DNA of 63,534 nt, the filler included, from Platydemus manokwari (taxonomy: Eukaryota): NCBI GenBank assembly GCA_037951405.1. It is 6 parts of 6 records of this genome, joined end to end, with 100 filler letters (N's around TTAATTAATTAA, not from the genome) between each part and the next. Parts side by side here need not be neighbours in the genome. Positions count along the whole stretch, not along the records: positions 1 to 9,424 come from JBBMOY011251096.1; positions 9,525 to 22,149 come from JBBMOY010041124.1; 4 more parts are not named here. One strand, written 5' to 3'. The notes under the pieces are model-generated. The model was not told where the DNA came from and did no database searches. It saw nothing but the letters and a program-made list of their open reading frames with translations. Shown here piece by piece: positions 1 to 9,595 of this stretch; the stretch's first letter is position 1, and every line of letters begins with the position of its first letter. Made by a program: the position numbers and the translations under genes.

Positions 1-55
<55 letters not shown>

Positions 56-77
56 TATTATTATTATTATTATTATT
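1..77. repeat. (TTA)n microsatellite, possibly the 3' end of an LTR
   Basis: Near-perfect TTA run followed by CTCATTACA (78-86), resembling the (TTA)n-TTTAATACA end at ~6760-6784. Confidence 0.95.
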
Positions 78-86
78 CTCATTACA

Positions 87-386
87 GTTCCGAATTACTA
101 TCGCCTCTTTACAATGAATCACTTTAAGAAAACATCAGAAAATGTGGCACGACAGATATGGGGACGATTTGCTGCATTCGGAACTTTCGTTACCGGATGT
201 ACAGACATATACGTTATATTTGTGATAATCAAAACAGTAGTACATCAAATAATGACTACTTATCAGTTGTATGAAGTTTTCGGATGTTCTACAAAACTAC
301 TTTTTGGAATTTGTCCGATGATAGTCAACCAGGTAATGCACAAAAGGCATAGAACCGAGGTCGAAACTGGTAATGCAATTACTTAA
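87..386 (+). pseudogene. env: C-terminal membrane-proximal/TM region of a chuvirus-type class III fusion glycoprotein (env-like)
   Basis: Frame open from 87: VPNYYRLFTMNHFKKTSENVARQIWGRFAAFGTFVTGCTDIYVIFVIIKTVVHQIMTTYQLYEVFGCSTKLLFGICPMIVNQVMHK. It fits the recalled chuvirus G tail pattern W-G-x-F-x-x-FG..G..I..I..IK......Y-x-L-x-x-x-(Y/F)G-x-S-x-x-L. Confidence 0.78.
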
Positions 387-697
387 GGAGAGGCATCAAC
401 CTGACAGACAGCCTTCTTCACAATGGGGAAATGGACTTTATTATAAAACAAGGAGACTGTCAAACTCTCCAAATAATTCAGACAATGAATCAGAATTCAA
501 CTCGGAGATAAAAGTCATGAAGAAACCAATGTAAACCTAATTCAAATATTTAAAGGACCCAACGATTTTATCAAGGAAAAGTGTCTGTACCCACAGATAA
601 GTCTGCATTGCAACAGGATCAATAGGAATACCCATCAAGTACTGATGAGGCCACGTTACATCGACAAAACCTTTTAGGATACACGGAATATCATTAC

Positions 698-1010
698 ATG
701 ATGCGGGATGACCGAAATCCTCATAAATTATTTCCGATGAAACTTAATCGACACACAGTCATGGCATTAATCGAGACCGGAGCTGGCTCAACTAGTATCC
801 ACCCAAGGGTGCTTAATATGAATGAATTACAAGGCATCGAGAAAACGGATATCAATATTACAGGAATCAATGGAAGCACTTTTTATTACTCGGGGCATTA
901 ACGTGCAAGATGAAAATATGTGGTCAAACCCTAACAGCCTCTGACACAGTATCAAACCTCTGTCCATGCCACTGCGTAGTAGGAAAAGATGTCCTCAGAC
1001 AGCTAAAAGG
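698..1010 (+). pseudogene. Retropepsin aspartic protease, degenerate
   Basis: ALIETGAGSTSI (DTGA motif with D>E), flap-like ITGINGS, and CVVGKDVL (I-L-G-x-D motif) in the next ORF. Confidence 0.88.
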
Positions 1011-1082
1011 CATTGTCTATGAGTGCACAACCGGAACCCTGCTCAAACTCACTAAGGACAAACATGAATGTGGGAATCAATT

Positions 1083-1320
1083 CTATATTGAGGAAGAAAT
1101 TTCAATTACATCTCGAACCGAAACCGTCTGTCTTGGTCAAACCAGCCATGCCAACACGAACCCAGCGTTGGTTTCATGGAAAGGGCATCCATGCCAGTCA
1201 GTGCATGTATTGCTAGAGTACAAGAAGGAAAAATTCCCATACAAATAGCAAATACATCATCAGAGCCGATAAAACTGTATCCATACACTAAATTAGGAGC
1301 AGTAACGGAATTCATAATGG
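1083..1320 (+). pseudogene. dUTPase-like linker domain between PR and RT
   Basis: EEEISITSRTETV...VSACIARVQEGKIPIQIANTSSEPIKLYPYTKLG resembles the degenerate dUTPase-like beta domain of many Ty3/gypsy pol proteins. Confidence 0.55.
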
Positions 1321-1429
1321 AATCTCAAGAGAAATTACCCAGAAAATACTACGGACCAATCGAAGTACACAGTTCGGATATCACTTCACAACAATGTACG
1401 CAGCTCACTAAACTTCTCAACTATTATCG

Positions 1430-2320
1430 AGAAGCTTTTGCGAAGCACGAGCATGATCTAGGAAAGTGTAATCTCATCGAATATAGGATTGAATTACTAA
1501 ACCATCCAATTTGCCAACGAGGATACCTCACACCGATTGCTATAGAAGCAGAGGTACAGAAGCAAATTTACGAATTACTCGAGCAAAAACGGATCAGACT
1601 AAGCTACTCTCCCTGGAGATTGCCTATTGTCATGGTGAAGAAAAAGGAGGGAATTATGTGCATGTGCATCAATTGTCGAAAAGTTAATGAACAAACGCGG
1701 AAGGATAATTATCCGTTACAACTAATAGATGAAATGGTCAACCGAGTTCGTGGAGCAAATTTATTCTTTACTCTCGATTTACTGACCGGGTACAACAACA
1801 TTTTGATGCATGAAGTTTTGATATCCATCACGGCCTTTACCGACAGCAAAGGTTTATGTGAATACACAGTCATACCATTTGTACTAACTGGTGCTCCAGC
1901 CACATTTCAAAGGGCCATGAATCTAATGTTAATGGATGTACATCACGCAATGGTATATATATATATATGACATTATCCTCTACTCAAATGGCTACGAGGA
2001 GCACGAACGAAGTATAGAAGAGGTATTGAAAAAAGTAATTGTAAAGCTGAAACTTATCAAGTGCGAATGGTCATGAAAAGAAGTCAAATATTTAGGCCAT
2101 ATCGTGTCTGGACAAGCAAAGAAGCCTGACCGCGCGTAAACAATACCCTCAACTTTGAACAATCAAAAATGTCCAAGAGTTCCTGGGATTAGTGAACTAT
2201 TTTCGAAAATTTATCCGAAATTGTGCTGCATCGCATAGCCACTTATTAAACTATTACAAAAGAATAAATTATTCCAATGGGAGGAAGCACAGGAAAAGGC
2301 TTTCAATTCTCTAAAACAAT
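1430..2320 (+). pseudogene. pol: Ty3/gypsy reverse transcriptase, frameshifted
   Basis: SPWRLPIVMVKKKEG, MCINCRKVN, DNYPLQLID, TLDLLTGY, TAF, PFVLTGAPATFQRAM, a disrupted YIDD near 1953-1971, KYLGHIVS and FLGLVNYFRKFI. Confidence 0.95.
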
Positions 2321-2322
2321 CA

Positions 2323-2730
2323 TTGATCGCCGAACCAATCCTTAGACACCCAGACATGAGCAAACCCTTCATCATTATGACAGATGCAAGGGGTTACATC
2401 ATTGGTGCAGTTCTGGGACAAATAGACAATGAAGGAAATGAATACGCCATCGCGTATGTCAGTCGCAGATTAAAAAGTCACGAACGAAACTATGCAGTCA
2501 TTGAATTAGAGGTATTTTCCACCGTATACGGTGTAGAAAGGTTTCGAATTTTCATTTATGATCCCCAAATATATGTACTCACCGACCATTGACCCTTACA
2601 GTGGTTGCTACAGCATCGAGACACCGCATCTAGACTCATCCGCCTTGCATTCAAACTACAGCAATACAATACTAAGATATGTTACCACAAGGGAAAGCGA
2701 ATGGCAATGCTGATGCTCTCTCACGTGCAG
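2323..2730 (+). pseudogene. pol: Ty3/gypsy RNase H
   Basis: PFIIMTDARGYIIGAVLGQ, IAYVSRRL..HERNY..IELE, LTDH*PL and GKANGNADALSR. Confidence 0.95.
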
Positions 2731-2989
2731 ACCCGAACACATACGAAATAGATACGGAGAACGTTTTCGCAGTGGTACACACACTGACTCAAAATATCGA
2801 AGTGAGCAAATTACAAAAGGATGATGAAGAAATTCAGGGGTTGTTTATTACAACTGGATCACATTCCTCCGGAATGGGAAACTAATAGGATTATTCATTT
2901 GTCCGCAGAGCCATCGTGCACGAAGTTTATGAAAAAGCACCAAGGGGAAATGGTGTTTGATAAAAATCTGTTGAAGATAGAAGATGACG

Positions 2990-4075
2990 ACAAGAAGCTT
3001 ATCATCGTGCCCAAGGCACTCCAAGAAACGCTTATTCTACAATACCCCGATGGAACACTAGGAACAAATCTTGTCCCGCCTTCAACAAAAATATATATTG
3101 AGAAATATGAAGAATAATGTCAGACAATGGTGCGTATCATGCTAGATATGCCAGACCCGCAGGAATACAGGCAACAAATGTCGAGTCCCTTTACGACCTA
3201 TGCAGATTCCTACTGCTTCCATGGGGATTGTCGTAATGGATCTCGATGGTTTTTTACCACTCAGTAAACTGGGCAATCGCTACATATTAGTTTTTGGCGA
3301 ATATATGACCCGGTGGCCAGAGGCTTATGCAATTCCGGACAAGCAAGCAAACATGGTTGCCAAAATCTTTGTGAAAGAAATTGTCTACCAATACAGGGTA
3401 CCGAAAAAGTTATTAACATATCGCGGGACGGAATTCCTCAACAATACCCTGGATTGTATCAACAAGATGTTTAAAATAACTAAGCTTAACACTACGCCCT
3501 ACCACCCACAAACCGATGGGCTGGTTGAGAAGTTCAATGGAACACTAACAAACATGCTGGCATCCTACACAAGCACCGCTCAGACCGACTGGGATGTCCA
3601 TATAGCTTCCTGTTTATTTGCGTACCGAAATGCTGCTCAAGCCAGCACAGGATACACACATTTCTATTCGATGTATCTGAGACATAGCCATATGCCAATA
3701 GACCTGGAAATAGAACCCAAGCTCTTGCAATATATGGAGAGAGAAGACAACGTGACCGTTATGAAAGAACGGCTCACTGAGGCATGGCAACGAATACGAC
3801 TCTCACTAAAACATCAACAGGAACAAATGAAGGATAAATACGATAAAAATAAGCAGGCTCACACTCAACAGGTTGTATACAAGATTATGTTGGAGACTAA
3901 GGCCTGCAAGAAGGGTATATCACTCAAATTAAGTCGACCTTATAATGGTCCTTACATTATAGAGAAAGCAACCGAGACAAATTTTATAATACGTCCAATA
4001 GAAAAGAGTGATGCCGAACCTATATGGATACATGATAAGACGTCGTTCACACTGAAGCAAAAACAACTCAACTAA
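2990..4075 (+). pseudogene. pol: Retroviral-type DDE integrase with zinc-binding remnant and GPY motif
   Basis: IIVPKALQETLILQY, WCVSC*IC, MDLDG, LLTYRGTEF (second D>Y), TTPYHPQTDGLVEKFNGTL and YNGPYII. Confidence 0.96.
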
Positions 4076-4119
4076 CGAAAAAACCCCACGAACCGGATAA
4101 AGAGAAAGGAACAACTATA

Positions 4120-5287
4120 ATGACAAGTCTGATCACAAAGCAGGGGCACAGATATCCCCTGCTATCAAAACAAATGCCACTACTGATGTTCATGAGCATC
4201 ATTGCATGTTGCCCAGCACACGTGGAGAAATACCCACCGGTAATAGGACCAGTATGGACGTGTAATTGGAAAGCATACTGGCTAACTATCAATGCTCACC
4301 AAGAGCCAAGATATTACTATAGTGCCACATTAATTCGGCGGAACCAGACTGATAAAAAGGTAGAGTTTACCCACCAACAATTGTACGAAAATTTAATCCA
4401 AATGAGACTGTTTTAAACATCATCAGTACTTCTGTTCCTGAGTATTGCTATAACGTAACTGATGAATTTATCAATAGATATCTCTCCTTTACTCGGCAAG
4501 CACACGAGAAGGACGAATTGAGAAAGAGGACACTATTTATAGCCACCAGAACGATGGGTACAGCAAGAAATCTAACCGGTAGCGTGGTTACGCCAGCTAT
4601 CGCTGTCCTCACCATTCTCGATTATCAAGGGAAAGTGATTATAAATTTCCGAGTATCACCTCGCCACTATGTAAAACATTTCAGAAACGACTATATTGAC
4701 AAAGTAAATGAAGCTGATATACTCAATCAATGGGACGAGATATCCTGTATCAAGCAAGTAAACAGGATCGTGGATCAACATATCCTTGTAGGATACAAAG
4801 TAGCAGACATTTTTGAAGTGCTACAAATACCGCCTGATCGCCTTCTAGACATAAGAGACCTAGCAAGAGCGAAATGTATGGCGGTACATGAGCTTGTCAG
4901 TCTCAATCAATGAAGATGTACAAAATCTTGAAAAAGATTGTACCAGAATACGAAATGACAAAGCGTCATGAACTAAGGACCACTAATGCTACGGAAAAAA
5001 TCCGACAAACATATCTCAAACTAGAAGAAAAATCGGAAGATAAATTTACCCCAACAAAAGTGGCACCAACCATACATAAAGAAACAATGATAGATGTACC
5101 CCAGTGCGACATAGATGAAGAAGCCGCGGCGATAGCACTGGATCAACTTATGAATAGCGAGGACATTACTGATGTAACAGATATCAAGATAGAAGATATC
5201 TCCATCGAAGAGGCAGAAGCTAACCTCGGAGAAAATGAGATAAATGCGAATGAGAAATCCTTCCTTCCCAAGCAAATCCACAAATAG
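4120..5287 (+). pseudogene. Post-integrase accessory region: hydrophobic segment, ISG20/REXO4-like DEDDh exonuclease fold lacking catalytic acids (~4518-5045), acidic tail
   Basis: LFIATRTMG, AIAVLTILDYQGKVIINFRVSPRHYVKHFR, KQVNRIVDQHILVGYKVADIFEVL, IRDLA and HELRTTNATEKIRQTY parallel the REX4-family blocks ALDCEMVG, LARVSIVNYxGxVVxDxYVxPxxxVxDYR, VxxxLxGxILVGHAxxNDLxxL, IRDT and HSSVEDARATMxLY in order and spacing. Confidence 0.72.
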
Positions 5288-5642
5288 ATAGTTTTCGAAA
5301 AGAAACGCTGGCATATCACAGCCTTTTAATATACATGTGAAGATACGGAAGAGGAGATGAATCTCGACTTTAGAAACAAAGCCCTGAAAGAACATCAGTA
5401 AAAGAAAGCCATCCGATAGAAGACTCGGATAACAATTATCCTAAACGAGGAGTCGGCAGAACAATGCAGTTCAGTTCAAGGAAAACATTAATCATTGATT
5501 TCGTTTTAGACATTGATATTATTCCTAACTTGATATTATTGTGATCACCTTGAACACTTTCCTTTAATTGCTATATATTCTCTCATGTTTGCTTATGTAT
5601 GATTTATTTTTTATGTATGGATTTTTCGTGACGAAAAAACTT

Positions 5643-5656
5643 AAAAGAGGAGGAGA
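5643..5656 (+). promoter_or_regulatory. Polypurine tract (plus-strand primer)
   Basis: AAAAGAGGAGGAGA immediately followed by TGTTGTGGGG. Confidence 0.88.
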
Positions 5657-6784
5657 TGTTGTGGGGAACTAATCAGGCCATTTTGACCCAACCAAATTAA
5701 CTAAAAAATAAAAATAAATTGATATAAATTTTATTTTCAAATTAAGCTTCAAATTAAGAAAATAATAATGCCAGAAATTACAAAATATTAATAAAATTTT
5801 TAAATTTGTTTTATTGCATTAAAACTAATTGACATTAAGGTCATTAGGAAAATCCGCATCGAAATCTAAAAATAGAACCTCCGATGAACTGAAAACATAA
5901 GTAACAACACTAGTTGCTATAAATAGACAAGGACTAAAAATAGTAATCTATGCTGTACATATGCTAAAATTAGCAACATATGCTACAAAGCATAGAATGT
6001 TACCAAAATAGCAACAAGATGCATGACTCACAATGACAGAATAGCATAAATACTGGCAGAAAACCATAGCACTTCGCATTTCGACTACCTACAGTTATAA
6101 AATTTTCGCCATCTCAATTCCGTAGCTATTTATTTTTCAATTGTATGCAAATTTGAATTATCAAACTACAAAGAAGTCAACTTTGATTGTATGCTCATAT
6201 GGATCAGCAGATTTTAAAGAAGCTTGTTTTTTATTATATGCCCATTTGGTTCATCAATTTTCGAAGAATTTCATCATGAGTAATTTTATTATTTGTGTAA
6301 CAAATTTCCGACCCACGGCTAATTTTAGTCTTGTGGTCTATTAAAATCTCATAAGCACTTCTGACCGTTCCCCACCTTCACTTTTGTCAAGAGAGGCTTA
6401 TCCGAGAACCTAAGCGGGACGCCCTTTACTGTTTACTTGACTGCACAACTCTTTCCTCCTACAATAGAGTACAATGTCTTGAATATTTTAAACTATTGTT
6501 ATCAGATTTTCGATTGTTACTTAATATATTTTATTTTGTCTTATTTTGTTTTATTCATTATATTTTATTATCATTTATATTTTAAATATTATTTTTACTA
6601 CACCTCCCGAGAGATAAAGCAACAACAACCTCTTATCTGTTTGGAGTCCAGATAAGTTGAAGATCTAAGGCAAGTATTATTTACTCTATTTAAATCCTTC
6701 TGATAAAGTTTCGAGTATTATCTATATCTTTTTTCAAATTGCGCATTTGAAATTTGAACTTATTATTATTATTATTTTAATACA
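5657..6784 (+). repeat. 3' LTR, ~1.13 kb; right end inferred
   Basis: Starts TGT right after the PPT. AT-rich non-coding sequence ends ...TTTAATACA where composition switches to the inverted coding fragment. There is no second LTR copy in the window to confirm the end. Confidence 0.7.
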
Positions 6785-7273
6785 GCCCGACAATCTTTAC
6801 ACTTTGACTCTTCCAACACACGTGCCATCAGGTTCGATTCGTCCATCGCGAGTTTTTGTTTTTGCCAGTCGTTTTACCACTTCTGCCATAAGAGTGACTT
6901 CGCTATCTAGCCTAAGTTTTCCTTGTACGAAGGCATCGTCACAGGCTTCGGGAGATATTTTCACATTTCGTGGTGTGAGTTTGGCATCGTGTACAGATGT
7001 GTGGATGAATTCTATGCAATACTACTCGAATGTCGCTTTAGTGACCCTGCATTGCCTTACTCTGGTCAGGTGAAATTCAATTTCTTGGTAGATATAATAT
7101 TGTTCCGGTTTTTCCTTGTACACCTTGTGAAGTTGTAAGGCCAGACATTCCAAGAGGTCGACCAATGAATAGATCTTGGACAGTTTCGGTTTTTCGCTGT
7201 CATAGGCCGTTAGAATATGTGTTTTTCCCACGAGATTCCAAATCAGTAGAATTTTGACGAGAGTGTTGAAGAA
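6785..7273 (-). pseudogene. env: Signal-peptide-like segment plus N-terminal ~140 aa of a chuvirus-type class III fusion glycoprotein, truncated at the LTR end
   Basis: FFNTLVKILLIWNLVGKTHILT-AYDS..YSLVDLLEC..YYIYQ..VRQCRV..*YCIEFIHTSVHD..ISPEACDDAFVQGKL..DGRIEPDGTCVG, reading through one stop at 7022-7024. It matches the recalled chuvirus G pattern AYDC..SLLDVGEC..QLLQ..QCKI..YCGMHSH..ISREAC...G...GxxxxDGxCxG. Confidence 0.82.
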
Positions 7274-8630
7274 TCCACTGTTTAAACCTCCTAGTCCCTC
7301 GGTAATTGTGGACTGATTTGATCCGAATTGATCCCATTCTCCATAGGTTTTAATCCATGGTCTCAATACATTATTTTCTAACTGTATCATATGATTGGCG
7401 ACTTATTTATACTGAGTTTCTTTGCTTCTGGATGTTGTCAGTATTCGATTGGTCAGGTATGTTAATGTCAATTTGACCCATGCGTTAGTTAGTCCGTCCT
7501 TTGTGAGCTCTCCTAACACTGATTCTGGTTCGGAGCTAGCATAATCTCTAATAGCATGCCGGAGTCAAGGGATAAGCTCCTCGTACCCCTCGGTATTGAT
7601 AGCAGAGAGTTCGCTGTTATAGATTGTCAATGCTCTTTTTTATGCGTTGCAAGCAGGTTTTTACATCCTTGTTGGCTCGTTTGTTTCATCCGCAATGTTC
7701 CTCAAGATTCTCCTTGGATTTGGCTGCTTGTATGTGTTTGTATAGTTGGCGGCAGTTCCTTTTTCTTTTTCTTCTTAGTGCTAGCCGGCAGTTCGTCGAT
7801 TCAGAGCTTGTTATGTGTAATTTTTTCGATAATGACTGAGGGTACATCAGGTTAGGGAATTTCCTCGATATGCATGGGCAATGCTTCCATTTGATTGTTA
7901 TGTTTCCGTATTTAGTGATTGGCGTCTCTATCAACAGTATATAGTGGTGGAATTTCTTCTTACAGTGGCTGAATTTCCGTTTGCAGATGTTCCTCAAGGT
8001 TCTCTTCTGCTTGTGGTTCCCTTATAACCGCGATTCTCCTGCATTGGTTGGAGTGGATAGGTACTTGTAAGACCTTGAATGTCATTTTATGTCCAGATAG
8101 ACATCCCACGTCCACTAGGTATTCGTCATCATCGACGGGGTTTTCCCAAATTTTGATGGCGAACGGTTTCTCTATAGATTTGTCGCGTTTGATATCTTGT
8201 CTTACTCGCCTTACCTGGGTAAAGCAGGGATCCTGTTTAAGCCAGTACCCATGTTCTGAGGTGCGAATACATAAATTGACGGGGTCTTGTCCCAAAGAGT
8301 TATTGCGTACAGCTAGCCCATATCTCTGTAGAAATAATTGAGCCTCACTTCATTATGTAGTCATGCGTTCCAATAGCCTCGCTAATATCGGGGCGATCTG
8401 TGTCAATACCTCGGTGGGTACAGGACATAAATGTGTTTGTAAATAAATGTTTTATTTTTTCATTCTCTATTTCCGGCTTTTGTACCTCGGCCAACAATCT
8501 GTTAGGAATTGCGACATTTGTTTGCTTTCCGCTTTCGTTAACTCGATTGTGGCTAACGCGTTTTCCGTCGTGAGGACTGTGGTTAACCGAAGAGCAGTGT
8601 TGTCTTTTGCTGCATCCCCTAAAGCAGCAA
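7274..8630 (-). pseudogene. Degenerate ~450-codon reading frame of unknown family leading into the glycoprotein
   Basis: ORFs 8467-8682 and 7960-8295 share one frame broken only by point stops, continuing to ~7740. After about two frameshifts the frame YNSELSAINTEGYEELIP*LRHAIRDYASSEPESVLGELTKDGLTNAWVKL runs into MIQLENN. GC content is clearly above the host background. Confidence 0.65.
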
Positions 8631-9424
8631 AATATATTAAAATATTTATTAAAATATATATTAAAATATTTTGATTATCCAAAAATAGTCAAATAATTGA
8701 ATGTCAAAATTCATTAATCTAATATCTAATAGCTTTTCATGAAATTGTTGTTATTATTATCAATGGTGTTGTTATTATCAGTTTATTTCAGAAAGTCGGG
8801 TTCACGTACTCATTCGTACTTAATGTAAATGTACTTGCGATTAAATAAAAATAAACATTAGCCTTAATAATAATATGCTTTGAATAAAAAACAATTAAAA
8901 AATTATTTAAAAATATACCTTGAACTAGTGAACAAGAACTTGTTTCATTATTTTTTAAGTTAAAAATTGTCATTGAAAAAAATGTATTTTCTAACTAATT
9001 GTACCGATACTTTGGATTTGAATAGCAGAATGGGTAACTGCAATTTTAAAATTTTTCGTAATTAAATCAATTATAATTTACCACATTGTTGGAATAATTA
9101 TCAAGAAATATTTAATTATGAATTAAATGAATGATGAACTGTAATCTTAAACCGATTCACTAAAATAAATAGATACATTTATAATTCGAATAATTTTTAC
9201 GAACATATATTATCTAAATAAACAGATTAAGATTGAATAATTACTAATATCTAATTTATTTATGAATTCTATTTGATGTTATATAAGAATTTATGATATA
9301 TTTATATTGGATTAAATTTTAAAAGCTGTATAAGGATACAAAATTTTCATATTACATAAAACAAGTTTTGAAAACACTTTGTTTAAATTCCTAAACAAGG
9401 TTTTGTTTGTGATTCATTCAAATT

Positions 9425-9524
9425 NNNNNNNNNNNNNNNNNNNNNNNNNNNNNNNNNNNNNNNNNNNNTTAATTAATTAANNNNNNNNNNNNNNNNNNNN
9501 NNNNNNNNNNNNNNNNNNNNNNNN
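9425..9524. other. Assembly gap with artificial TTAATTAATTAA linker
   Basis: 44 N + 12 nt + 44 N; identical structure occurs five times. Confidence 0.98.
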
Positions 9525-9595
9525 TTGTTATTATTATTATTACCATTATTATTATTACTATTATTATTATTGTTGTTATTATTATTATTATTATA
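9525..9595. repeat. Imperfect (TTA)n microsatellite at a contig end
   Basis: Seen directly. Confidence 0.9.

Larger units (their letters stand above)
87..6784 (+). mobile_element. Decayed, 5'-truncated Ty3/gypsy LTR retrotransposon: glycoprotein C-term, PR, RT, RNaseH, IN, exonuclease-like ORF, PPT, 3' LTR
   Basis: PR-RT-RH-IN order typical of Ty3/gypsy; many stops and frameshifts; polypurine tract followed by a TG...CA-bounded segment. Confidence 0.93.

Noticed and set aside
114-386. ORF upstream of the protease as gag
   Set aside because: It is hydrophobic and TM-like with no capsid or CCHC motif, and fits a glycoprotein tail better.
6747-7855. Plus-strand ORFs 6747-7073, 6923-7138, 7556-7855 and 7624-7839
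   Set aside because: Antisense shadows of the minus-strand decayed coding frame.
9469-9480. Palindrome TTAATTAATTAA recurring five times
   Set aside because: Always centred in N44 blocks; an artificial six-frame-stop scaffold linker.
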